32,000 nt of DNA, from assembly GCA_054661495.1 (NCBI GenBank), contig BAAFSQ010000095.1:2621-34620 (forward strand), given 5' to 3'. Under the pieces are notes generated by a model. That model was given only the letters and a program-made list of their open reading frames with translations. It was not told the origin of the DNA and ran no database searches. Source of the DNA: Zygophlyctis sp. KS116 (taxonomy: Eukaryota > Fungi > Chytridiomycota). Position 1 is the first letter of the stretch; the number at the start of each line of letters is the position of its first letter. Below, one piece after another: positions 21,550 to 32,000 of the stretch. Position numbers and translations under genes: made by a program.

Positions 21550-23208
21550 TCAATAAATCTAAAAATGTAATCTATATCTATTACAGAACATCCTCCATTT
21601 GTACTCCTTCGACTTGCACCGTCCATTCATCATCAAAACTGACATCATTTCTTCGTTTACGGTCTACACGAGGATTCATTACCAATGCCGCATTTTTATC
21701 TAGTTCTAGCTCAATCGCACCAACTAAAGAATCCGATTGATCTTCTTTCCAATTAACTGCTGGAAATTGTGAGCTGGTTTTACTAGAGCTAAAATGTGAA
21801 ATATTTAAACTTACCCATTAGGCAAAGCAACTGATTCAATCATACTAAAAGGCCTTGTTCCGGGAAAATCAGACAAATCAGGGGAATTTTTTTGATAAGG
21901 ATAAGAAGGAACAGACTCCTCAAAAGTTGAGAATGAAACATGATTGACTGACCAAAATGGCTGAAATTGATATGATTCTATAGAGACCAATGAATGCCAC
22001 GAATTAAGAGAAGAATTACCAATGTTACTCTTCTTTAAATAAGTTGATAAATCAGAAAAATCTGTTAATCCTTCTCCATTTTCCAATAAAACGCGCTCTG
22101 GATCACCAACAGTTACTTTTTCTACAGAATAAAGACTTCCAGTTATCTCTAAATTATGTAATGTTTGAGAATCATTTGATAGAACAGTTATAAACGACAG
22201 TCTTGCCCCATCATCCAAAATTTGTAAAGGATAAACAAAATCCGTCCTAAAAGCCAAAAAATCTCGCCTATCTTCATCTAAGCGCCTCCTAATTCTTGTT
22301 TTTGGACTTAATTTTTTCACTTCAAAAGATTGTAAATCAGTCGGATTTAAAAAGTATAAATGACTTGTCCCATGACTTGTAGATACAGATACCCAAGAAT
22401 CATCTATTGTCCAAGAAATATCGTAAACTGATGCAGGAGTATATCCTCTTGATAAAACAAAAATTAAATCTGGTTGCTTATCCTTTATATTCACCAAATC
22501 CCAAATATGAAATGAATTTGATCCAAAAGTACAAGTCAACACTTTTTGACCTGAAGAAGAAAATGAAAATTTCAAAACTTGTGAATTGTGTGCTCTCCAA
22601 TGTGCCAAATCGCCATCTTTTTTTAGGTCCTTTATTATTACCCATCCCTGTTCTTTAGATATAATATCATTAGCAACAGCAGATTCATAAATTTCCTATT
22701 TTTTTTAAATATTCTAAATTACATTTAAAACAAAATTTACGACACCTTGAATCCCATCCTTTTTCAAAACCAATGTTGAGTCAGTAGAGTATCCCACAAA
22801 TCGTTCAAATAAATCTAAAGCCAACGAGACCTGACTTGTTGCATAATTTACATCTATACTTTTGATCAACTTTACATGTTTAGAATAAACATCTAGTCTA
22901 TCCGACACGACTATAACATAATTCCCCGATACTTTAAAGTATTTTAAATGTTTAATGTTGAGTTTAACAGTAATTTCATTTTCAAAAGCCTGAGATTTCC
23001 TCAATTCCAGCCCATCCTCCTTGAAAACAATAAAATAAATCCAAAAATCATTAGAAATCCAAAAATCCAAAATCTTAAAATCCAACCTTTTGAGCAGGAT
23101 GAGCGATTGTTTCTCCTTTAGTCCAATAGAAAATATCTTGAATGTTTGATTGTAATAGACTCCCAAAACATTACCTAAATTTACATTGAAGTGACGCTTC
23201 AGAGCCAT
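21550..23208 (-). CDS. BCAS3-like WD40 beta-propeller (PROPPIN-related, autophagy-associated)
   Basis: AHWRAH..V..F.FS.SG..VLT..G.SFHIW...LSRGYT.A.V.DI.W..D..WV.VST..GTSH.Y..NP matches the BCAS3 core. Introns at 22696-22722 and ~21789-21814, probably also 21559-21584. Both ends are uncertain. Confidence 0.7.
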
Positions 23209-23304
23209 AATCACCTACAATTTGTCCAGCGCCTCGGCCTTTGCATGGAGCCCAACCGTCTACTTTGAACCATTGGCTGGCTATATATTTCCAAGTGCTA
23301 CCGG

Positions 23305-23906
23305 ATGGACAGAAAACTAGTCAAAGTTCTCAGACATTCAGCTAGATCACTTGGTCTGGACATGGATTCTCAAGGATTTATATTAATACAAGATTTATTA
23401 GATCATGATCTATTCAGAGATTTAGATGATCAGAAACTCTTGGAAATTGTAAATTGCGATAAAAAGTCAAGATTACAAGTTTGTGGAGACAAGATTAGAG
23501 CAGCTCAAGGACATTCAATTTCTCTAAATATTTCTTATCCAGAGTATACAAATACTGTACTACCATTGTTTCATGGGACTTTTAGGAATAAACTTGAAGA
23601 GATTACAAGGTCAGGATTGTCAAGAATGAATAGAAATTATATACACTTGACTAATGATCTAAATGCAGTCAGTGGTGTAAGATCAAACTGTGAAATATTT
23701 ATATATATCAATATTGAATTATCAATGAATGGTATTTAATTTTGATCTTAATTTTAGATGATATTGTATTCTATCAAAGTTCAAATGGTGTGATTTTGAC
23801 TCGAGGGATAGATGGTGTGATTCCAATAAAGTATTTTTTAAAGATTACAACAAGAGAGGGGCAAGAATATGATTTACAAGACAAGAGATTTATTGATATT
23901 TTATAA
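23305..23906 (+). CDS. TPT1: tRNA 2'-phosphotransferase
   Basis: Motifs: VLRH, K.R, IRAAQGHS, HGT, GLSRMNRNYIHL, SGVR. After intron 23732-23757: FYQSSNGVILT.G.DG.I...YF. Confidence 0.92.
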
Positions 23907-24070
23907 ATTTTAGAGAAATTTAGATAAAATAACAAGTTTGAGAGATAACAGGCGTGTATTTATTGAGATTTGGTGATACTAAGAAAATATTTAGCCGACT
24001 GAGACCATATTGCAGATTGCGATACCAACAGGACAGTCGTTTCTCACTAGGAGTAATATTCGAAATGTAT

Positions 24071-24075
24071 AAAAA
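24071..24075 (-). terminator. Pol III oligo-T terminator of tRNA-Val
   Basis: TTTTT directly after the discriminator base on the minus strand. Confidence 0.75.
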
Positions 24076-24150
24076 TGGTTTCACTGGGGATCGAACCCAG
24101 GGCCTCGAGCGTGTAAAGCTCACGTGATAAACCAACTACACTATGAAACC
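24076..24150 (-). tRNA. tRNA-Val (anticodon UAC), intronless
   Basis: GGTTTCA/TGAAACC acceptor stem, anticodon arm TGAGC-TT-TAC-AC-GCTCG, T arm CTGGG-TTCGATC-CCCAG. Confidence 0.95.
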
Positions 24151-24182
24151 TGATTGTTGTGAATTCTTGCAAAACCCAGTCG

Positions 24183-24190
24183 TATATATA
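24183..24190 (-). promoter_or_regulatory. TATA-like element upstream of tRNA-Val
   Basis: TATATATA lies 33-40 nt upstream of the mature 5' end, the position used by TATA-containing fungal Pol III genes. Confidence 0.5.
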
Positions 24191-24463
24191 AAATATTAAT
24201 CACGCTTTTTCAGTCTCTGGTTTTTGAAAAGAGACACGCTAACATGAAAGCTAGATCTCATCATGAGCTTTTAAATTCACAAGCTTACAATCGAATTCAA
24301 AAAATAACAGGAGTGAGCAATCGTTATATTGTATTTGCAAAATTTTCTAATTTGAATAACTAGAAAAAGAAATCCACGCATTAGCGTTTGGAATTAGTAA
24401 GGAAAGATCTTGCTCTCTGATTAGTGCAACGAGAGTTTGTGCTAATTCCCATCCTATAGATTA

Positions 24464-26564
24464 TTATAAAGTCAAATTACGGTCTAAAAGGAATGTTTCT
24501 GCAATTGAAACATCATATTCATCAGAACTGAATTTCTTTTGAAGATCTGGATATAGTTCAGTTAATGGTACCAAGATATAAATAGGATATGGTATTTCGG
24601 ACATTGGGATATAGCCAAGAGTGCGAACATATGTATATCCCAGAGGAGGTGGATGGATGAGACCGTGGTTTTGATATTCCGCAGGATGTAATGCAGTAGT
24701 AGAGAAATCATTAATGCAGAACTCTTTCTCTTTCATAATATTTTGACAATAAGGTCCCATTCTAGGTTCAGTATCAATGATTGGAGTTTGATGAAAATCA
24801 GAAAATGTTTCCTGAGAGTCAAAATCATGAAGATCTTGGGTATGTTCTTTAATATCAACAGAAAAGTCTGATTTAGGTGTAACCTGAATGCCTATATCTG
24901 CGCATAGTTCTGGATAGCAATAATACTCTTGATCATAGAAACTTTGAGGAGGTGGTGAATCGCGTAATAGGTTCCATTCGTATTCAGGCATTGCGCGATC
25001 ATTAACGGGAGCTGTTCGTATCATATCAGAGAGTGTTGATTCTGGAAGTATAACATTTGATAAATTAAATGCTGAATTATTATCCACCAATATATGTGAT
25101 TGAGGCGTAGGAGATTCACCCTGTTTGATAATCTTTGATGTGATTTTTGGACTATGACGGGGTTTTTTCGGCTTTTCTTTAATTTTTTTCCTCTTCTGAT
25201 TAGTAGACTTTTTTCTTGTCACCATTTCTACAGGATTTTTGGTTTGATCGAATTTGAATTCCGGTTGATGCACGAGAGAGATTTCAGGATTGCTTCCAAA
25301 GCGTAGTTTGTTTTCATGATCAATCTCTTTTAAAGACGATTCCTCGTTATGATTGTGAATCTCTAGGATGTCATCATTAGTAAGCTGTTTAATTTCTTCA
25401 TTTTCCATCATCGATACGCAATCTCTGCCATCATCAGCAAGGCAATAATCATGATATTCTTTATCAATAATAGAAGAAAACTCCTCTATATATATCTCCT
25501 TGGAATGCATTTTATGAGGAACCGCATTTACAGTCTCCTTCTCCTCTAAGAGAGTTTCCTGTGAATCTTTTTGAATAATTTCTTTTGACCCTATATAATT
25601 CTCTTGAGGTTTATCTGTGATAGTTTGTAGTGAATCATTTTCTAATTCAACTTTTATAGGCTCAAAATTCTCCTCCAAGCATGTTTCATTTATATCTTTT
25701 GCTGAATGCAATAGATTATCATCAGTGAGAATGTCTTTTAATTCTATTGAATCCTCTAGAGATTTTTCAGCAGGAATGTCCAACACAGCATTTTCCAATA
25801 CTTCTTTTTGAGATGCAATCAATACTTCTGAGAAAGCTACCCCCGTATGAGTTTCCTCAAATTCTTGTGAAACCATTTTGTCTGAAAACGTAAAAAACTC
25901 CCCTGAGAGAGTTTCCTGAGAGTCTTTTCGACTTATTCCTTTCAATTCATCATCAATCTCTGTATTTTTCCTTTTAATCTTTGATTTCCTTTGTTTTTTC
26001 TTTTTTTTCTTTTCCACTATAGGCACTGACGGCCAAAATTCAGAATTAGAAATCGAATTATAAACATCCACAACTTTAGTCTCCTTTTCTTTCTCTTGAA
26101 TTTGATCTAAAAAATCTTTAAAATCTACTTTTTGCAACTCTGGCAACTCTGGAATCTCTGAATCATCAGCCGACCACGCCCATTTCCTTGAAACTGGTTT
26201 ATTTTCTTCAAATTTAGAATTTTCTAGAGAAGAATCTCCCATGTTTAGCCTAATTTCTCCAATTGCATCTGACAATGACTCTGAGTCTGAAATAGACTCA
26301 AATACGCTACTTTTTAGCTCCAATTTCTCTCCGCCCGACTCCAACGCCAGTCTAGATTCTAATTTCCCTGAAAGTTCCTTAAAACTGATCATGTCAGTGT
26401 CTGGAACTGAAAGAAATTGATTCAATAACAAATTATCCTCCTTTAGAGCAAACACTGGATGTGAAGTTAAATTTATCTATTAGTAAGTATTATAAAAATA
26501 CAGAAATTTTATAGTCTTTCTCTTGTAATTGAGAATTTATAGAATTTGGCTGCGAGTCAAACAT
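24464..26564 (-). CDS. Acidic low-complexity hypothetical protein with basic NLS-like tracts
   Basis: 2-kb open frame. An upstream exon (ATG 26564-26502) joins in frame through a 25-nt intron at 26477-26501. E/D/S/K-rich with KKKKKKQRK. No domain recognised. Confidence 0.7.
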
Positions 26565-26924
26565 TTAAACACTTGTCCTGCACCTACTCATCCTTGTTTC
26601 TCTTTAATTTAATACTAAATCTAGTGGACAATTCAAAAAAAATTTATTAGAAAAAACCTTCAGCATATTTTAGCATCATTGAATTTCTAGAAACTCTAAG
26701 TTGCAAATTACCTTAAACATCATCAGATTTTTTTAGTACAATAAATAAAAATCTAGCGTTTAGTAAAAGAAAAAAATGATCATCAGTGAATTGTAGTTTA
26801 ATATTTCTCTGGGATCAAGAATCAATTGTCTTCATTTGATCGCAAAACTTACTTTTTCAAATTTTAAAACCATTCCTGAACCTAACATCCACTTAAAAGT
26901 AAAGAAACCTGGACCTAGACTGCC

Positions 26925-29904
26925 ATGAAACTCCTCAAGTTCCAAAAGAAGATCTTGAAGGAATGGCTAGATCCAAACGGCGATAATAAAGGCGATGGTC
27001 TCGTGGTTTTAGGTAAGGGAATGGGACTCAATAGTTTAATTTTGGCATTAGCGTCTTTAGGAGCAGGGAGTAAGACGCTTATCTTGATGTTGAATACTTG
27101 CAGCTCAGAAATCTTGGAATTGAAGCTGAAATTAAGACATGATCAGTTAGAATATGTAACATATGTTTCAGATCTCTCGGCAAGTGCAAGAATACAATTG
27201 TATTCTAAAGGGTAGCGTTTATATTTTTAATTTTAGTGGAATTATTGTAGCACCATCACGGATATTTATTGTGGATTTTCTAAATGAAAGAATTCCAGTC
27301 TCTTTAATTACTGGGATTTTGGTAAATCATGCTCATAGAGTTTCAGAATTTTCATCAGAAGCATTTGTGTTAAGACTATTTAGATCTAAAAATAATACAG
27401 GATGGATAAAGGCAATTTCTGATGAGCCAGAGGCATTAGTGTCTGGGATTTGGAAATTGGAAAAGTCTCTAAAAGTATTATATCAAAGGCATGTATCTCT
27501 GTGGCCAAGATTTCAAATACAAGTGAAACATGATATTGAAAGTAGGGAACAAGTAGATATGGTGGAATTAAGGATTCCACTTTCAAATTTAATGAAAAAA
27601 ATACAATTGGCTTTATGGGAATGTTTAGAACAGGTTTTTATAAAGAATTTATTTTAATAGATTTTGGCGGAATTAAAAAGATCTATTCCTTTCTTGGAAA
27701 CAGAGGATCTGACTGTTGAAAATGCAATTTTAAAGAATTTTGATTTCTTTTTGAAGCAACAAATGGAGTCAATGTGGCACAAGGTCTCAACAAAAACCAA
27801 AAATTTATTACAAGATATTAAAGCGATACGTAGACTTTTAAACTATTTGACAGGATATGATTGTATTACGTTTTTATCATTTTTGGAAACGTTAATAGCG
27901 GCTTCTTCTCCTTCTTCTATATTTAAACCAGAGCCGGCAAGTCAGTGGTTGATGTTGGATGCAGCTCAAGTCGTGGTTTCTACTGCAAAAAATAGAGTCT
28001 TCAAAAAAAGTGGTGAAATATTGGATCCCATTTTGGAACCACAGCCAAAATGGAAAATATTAATGGATGTGTTACGTGAAATTCATCAAGAAAAACAAGA
28101 TTTAAAAGATGGTGCAGTTGATGGTATCCAAAATTATAATAACAGATTTAGGTCCAATTTTGATTATGGTTCAAGAAGATAGAACATGTTATCAGATTGC
28201 AGAGCTTCTAAGTTCTACAGGATATACTATTGTGCATCATCATCCGCATGGGTCACATCCGAAAATAATAGAGCGACCAGAGTCAAATAATTCAGAATTT
28301 TCTTTTTCAAGTGGCGGTATAGAATCACTATTTAAGAGGACCTTCAAGAATTATCTAAGGTGGAAAGGTGGTTTAATACAGATAAGACAGTCCACTAATA
28401 CTTCAAAACCAGACGATCAACGAAATGAGTTGAAAAATGATAACCGAAAAATGAATTCACCTCATGCAGTTAAACGAAGAAGAATGAGGGGTGGAAGTAA
28501 CATGAATGACAGGAAGTCAAAGGATTTAGTTTTCGATATCGATGCAGAGGCAGAAGAAATACATGAATTGTAAGCATTGTCACCTCACTTTTAGATTAAG
28601 CCAAAAAGATCTAGCTTTTGACATTGAAAGGGATTTCAACGAGAGAAATATGGATTCGGTAACAGAAGTTGATCCTAATAGAACAATATACGTTCGGCCA
28701 TATTCAAATTATTACTCTACAGTTGCTAAATATTCGGTTGACTGTCTTCTTGATGATGGCTATTGCCTAGATGAAATTCAGCCACGATGGATTATTATGA
28801 TTGATGCTGATTTAAGCTTTATCAGACGTGTAGAACTGTTTAAAGCAACGCATCCAAAAGTTCCAGTCAAAGTTTACTTTATGGTTTACGACAACTCAAT
28901 CGAGGAAAGAAAGTATCTCACCCAAATACGGAAAGAGAAGGACTCTTTTGAAAAACTGATTAACCAAAAAGGAAATATGGTGGTTCCAATAAATCAGGAT
29001 GGTCGTGGTCTGATTCAAGATCCTGACGAAACTTACTGGCACGAGTTTGATACCCGATCTTCAAGGTTCCAGAATATATCTGCCACTCCAGAGGTTTGTC
29101 TATTTATTTAATGTCCAGATTATTGTTGACATTCGCGAATTTAGATCGTCCTTGCCATCATTAATTCACGCACGAAAAATATTGATCAGACCTTTTACTC
29201 TCGAAGTGTAACGATAGTAGATTTTTATAAATTATAGTGGTGATTATATTCTGTCTAGATCTATGTGTGTAGAAAGAAAGTCTATTAATGATCTTGTGGG
29301 ATCACTCAAGTCAGGGAGACTTTATAATCAAACTGAAGCCATGTGCATTCATTATGCAGTTCCCATCCTTTTAATTGAATTTGACCCCGGAAAATCTTTC
29401 TCTTTTTCAATGATTCGGGATGATGTTGTGTCAAGCGTTGGCACGAGTCAAAAGTTGGTATTACTTCTAATTCATTTCCCAAAATTACGGATCATTTGGT
29501 CTCCAACTCCTAGTTTCACAGTTGAGGTTTTTGAAGCTCTAAAGGTATTTTTAGTCCGTAATAATTTTAGAATCAGCAAGATGAGCCAGATGTGGAAGCT
29601 GCAATGGCAGCAGGCGTGGAAAGTTCAGCTTTCAAGGATACCAATTTTAATATTACTCCTATAGTAATTATAATTTAAAATTTAAAATTTTAGGATATAC
29701 TAAAGAGTCTTCCTGGTATAACTAGCAAGAATTTCCATTACATAGGTGCGTTTAATTTACTAAAGTTTAGCATCAAGAGTAAAAAATCTTGATGATTTAA
29801 TGGATATGGAATTAGAAGCCATTCAAGAGATAATTGGAGCCGAACCTGGAAAAAAGCTTCATGACTTTATCAACTTTACTATAACCCCGCATGATTTTTC
29901 TTAA
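26925..29904 (+). CDS. RAD1: DNA repair endonuclease XPF/Rad1/Rad16
   Basis: Helicase-like N-terminus (GLVVLGKGMG, SRIFIVDFL, ITGILV.HAH, EAF.LRLFR.KN..G.IKA.SD.PE, LWPRF). Nuclease motifs IIVDIREFRSSLP, EV|GDYILS, CVERKSINDL, then C-terminal HhH. Nine 25-30 nt introns; stop at 29902-29904. Confidence 0.93.
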
Positions 29905-29913
29905 GTTATTGGA

Positions 29914-30791
29914 TCAATGGCGGTATTCAATAGATGCTCTTACAAACAGATGATGATCTCCAATACTCCTTACTGCTTTCCAACTTATCACAGGTGATGA
30001 GTTTGGGCCAAATGAGAACCTATCTTCTGGAGGAAATAAAGTTGGTCGATAAAGGCCAGCGAGATCAGAAGGACCAGCTATTTGTCCGGCAAGCGTGAAT
30101 CTTATTTCATGTAACAGTTTCTGGTCAATAAGCTGATTAATGACTTTTCCACCTGATGAAACATCTAAATACTAGTATTAAATCAAAATAATTGGATTAC
30201 ATTGATACTGTTTTCACTTTTCAATTTTTGAAGGATCTTCTCGAGTGGTTGATCATCCTCTACAACTTTCACGGTAACATTCTTTTTAAATGCCTCATCA
30301 AGACCACTTAAAAGATTATTTTTTCCTATCTGACTTGTTAATACTATTATTTGTAGATTTGATGAGAACACGACATGATCAAGAGGGAAATTACATTCCT
30401 TTGATAGAATTAATTGAATCGGATGATCTGTAGCTTTACCGATACTTTTTCTAAAAGAAATAATATCATGAAATTTAATCTGACAAGACGTATGAGGCTC
30501 ATCCCTCAATATCTGCCCGCTAAACAGAACTGCATCCGCCATTGCCCATCCAAAGTTTAATAATCGGTAGTCTGCAATACTATTTTCTGACAATCCTGCA
30601 AGCGAAATATCGCTAATAACACTCTCATCCTTGAAATGCATGATCCCATCCAGAGTTATGATAGAATTCGACCAAGAGTATGGAAGATGTAGAGATTGAG
30701 AATCTATTGAATCAAGTGAATAAAAACATTTCATTTCACTGATTGGAATTATTGGATCTGAAAACTCACAAAGTCTGGGCTTAATAATCAT
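29914..30791 (-). CDS. RibD C-terminal / DHFR-like reductase domain protein
   Basis: PY.WSNSIITLDG, AD.RLL....A.ADAVL..G..LR.E. After intron 30172-30200: YLDVSSGG.VI.QLI...LL.EIR.T.A..I.G. This is the RibD_C fold pattern; substrate unknown. Confidence 0.7.
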
Positions 30792-30804
30792 CAAAATTGG
30801 TATT

Positions 30805-31846
30805 TTACCGTGTTAAATCGTATCGGTCTTGTAAAAAATCTAAAACCGATGGTATGCTGCTGAGACAATTAAATAGTTTTTTTTCTAAAAGTTGAGATCT
30901 ATCAATAGTACTTACCAGTCTTTACCATACTTTTTTCTGTCATATACATTAAATGCTGATGAAATATGAATTGATCAGTTCCATACGAAAGCGCATAATT
31001 TATATATTTTTGAATAGCAGAGATTGGTGTATGATCATATCCTGCAAACAAGGCAGGATTTTCAAGAAGCCCTCGTGCAACCATAACTCCATCAGCCTTT
31101 GTATATTCAACGACTTTATCAGCATCCACTGATGAAAAAATATCTCCATTTGCAAAGACTGGAATATTCAAAGATTCTTTTAAAATCTTTATAGACTCCA
31201 AATCTACTGGTTCTGAGCTTTTTTGTTTTCTAGTTCTTCCATGTAATGTAATCCAATCCACACCGACAGCTTCTGCCCTTTTACAGTATTCAATTGTATC
31301 TTTAATATCTTTTGACACACATCTAATTTTAATTGAACAAGGCAAAGAAGATCCATCTCTCATTTTAAACTGACTAGTTTTTGCCTTGACTTGTCTTATC
31401 ATATCCTTTACTAATTCTGGATCTGATAATAAATGCGAACCGATTTTTTCATTTATAGCCCATTTCTGAGGACACCCACAATTAATATCTATCCCATTAC
31501 AATATTTAGCGACAATTTCTGCTGATGCAGCTAAATCGAATGCATTATTTGCAGCAAACTGAACAACCACAGGATCATCTGCCTGGTTGGTCTGAAATTC
31601 TATTTCTTGAGCAAATCTTGATCTCTGAAAGCAATCTGCAAGAATCATTGGAGTATAGCAAACATCCACCCCATAGTTTCTTACCAACTCTCTGAATGGT
31701 AGTTTAGAGTATCGAACCATTGGCGCACATATCTTTAGATAATCGCCATTTTTCTTCTTTTCCGTCAATATTTCCAGAGGATTTATCTTTGGCTGTAGAT
31801 CAGAATCTGAATAATGCTGATCATCGGATGCATCAATGGAATTCAT
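30805..31846 (-). CDS. DUS4: tRNA-dihydrouridine(20a/20b) synthase
   Basis: Motifs: ICAPMVRYSKLPFR.LVR.Y..D..YTPMILA, VQFAA, INCGCPQ.W, S.KIR, HGRT, ANGD, GVM.ARGLL.NPALF. Last intron at 30885-30915; stop at 30805. Confidence 0.93.
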
Positions 31847-31923
31847 TTATTCTTGCAATCTAGAGAATCAGAAATTAGAAAAGTGAATCTAATCAACGCC
31901 ACTCGCCGTTCAAATTTTTGCAG

Positions 31924-32000
31924 ATGCAAGACTCATTTGTATCTTTTGAAAACCTCAATACCATTAACCACTCATCCGCTTGGATACCAAGAGTTTTTTC
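31924..32000 (+). CDS. Possible 5' end of the next gene (MQDSFVSFENLNTINHSSAWIPRVF...)
   Basis: ATG-started frame open to the window edge, divergent from DUS4 at a spacing typical of this window. Too short to verify. Confidence 0.3.
   Translation, partial: MQDSFVSFENLNTINHSSAWIPRVF

Noticed and set aside
23920-24135. 71-aa ORF MVYHVSFTRSRPWVRSPVKP...
   Set aside because: It is a translation of the tRNA-Val sequence and its flank.
23305-24150. Functional tRNA-processing cluster (TPT1 next to a tRNA; DPH3 and DUS4 in the window)
   Set aside because: The tRNA is intronless and so not a Tpt1 substrate. The genes are dispersed, and chance suffices at this gene density.
24390-24449. SECIS element or riboswitch
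   Set aside because: There is no AUGA/GA quartet in the proper geometry, no in-frame UGA in the adjacent gene, and no TPP aptamer consensus.
2042-27586. Numerous short antisense or alternate-frame ORFs (e.g. 2042..2281, 3436..3723, 5078..5398, 6982..7350, 10058..10273, 15590..15952, 16067..16504, 20117..20350, 22407..22658, 25617..25811, 27386..27586)
   Set aside because: They overlap well-supported genes, many use non-ATG starts, and none shows recognisable motifs.
1-32000. Fragmented ORFs interpreted as pseudogenes, programmed frameshifts or an alternative genetic code
   Set aside because: Breaks are cleanly explained by short GT-AG introns that restore conserved motifs (THR4 20732-20759 is the one exception). 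TAA, TAG and TGA all act as terminal stops.
1-32000. Microsporidian or nucleomorph origin suggested by the tiny introns
   Set aside because: Mitochondrial ribosomal and carrier genes, amino-acid biosynthesis, dynactin and an axonemal-type gene argue against both.
1-32000. Transposons, CRISPR arrays, rRNA, spliceosomal snRNAs, telomeric repeats
   Set aside because: By eye I saw no transposase/RT motifs, repeat-spacer periodicity or snRNA/rRNA signature sequences.

Overview
This is eukaryotic, AT-rich and extremely gene-dense DNA, most consistent with a compact-genome zoosporic fungus such as a chytrid. That assignment is an inference from fungal-type housekeeping genes plus an axonemal AKAP14-like gene. 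The ORF track looks fragmented because genes are split by about 50 ultra-short (23-33 nt) spliceosomal introns, which I traced by hand. In order, the window contains: urg1/URC1 (runs off the left edge), an MFSD5-like transporter, urg2-type UPRT, urg3/URC4, DPH3, a slicer-type Argonaute, a GDS..DxxH membrane-anchored protein, a small orphan, CTP1, uracil-5-carboxylate decarboxylase, AKAP14-like, SEH1, DCTN6, MRPL6, CDK7/KIN28, an ankyrin/AT-hook protein, RAD17, THR4, BCAS3-like, TPT1, tRNA-Val(UAC), an acidic orphan, XPF/RAD1, a RibD_C-type reductase and DUS4. The main points of interest are: (1) a urg1-urg2-urg3 uracil-catabolism cluster with an embedded transporter and an IDCase nearby; (2) nucleomorph/ciliate-sized introns, including one apparent GT-TG intron in THR4; (3) near-zero intergenic space, with 29-39 nt divergent gaps, abutting stop codons and a probable same-strand CDS overlap. 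All family calls come from recalled motifs, not database searches.
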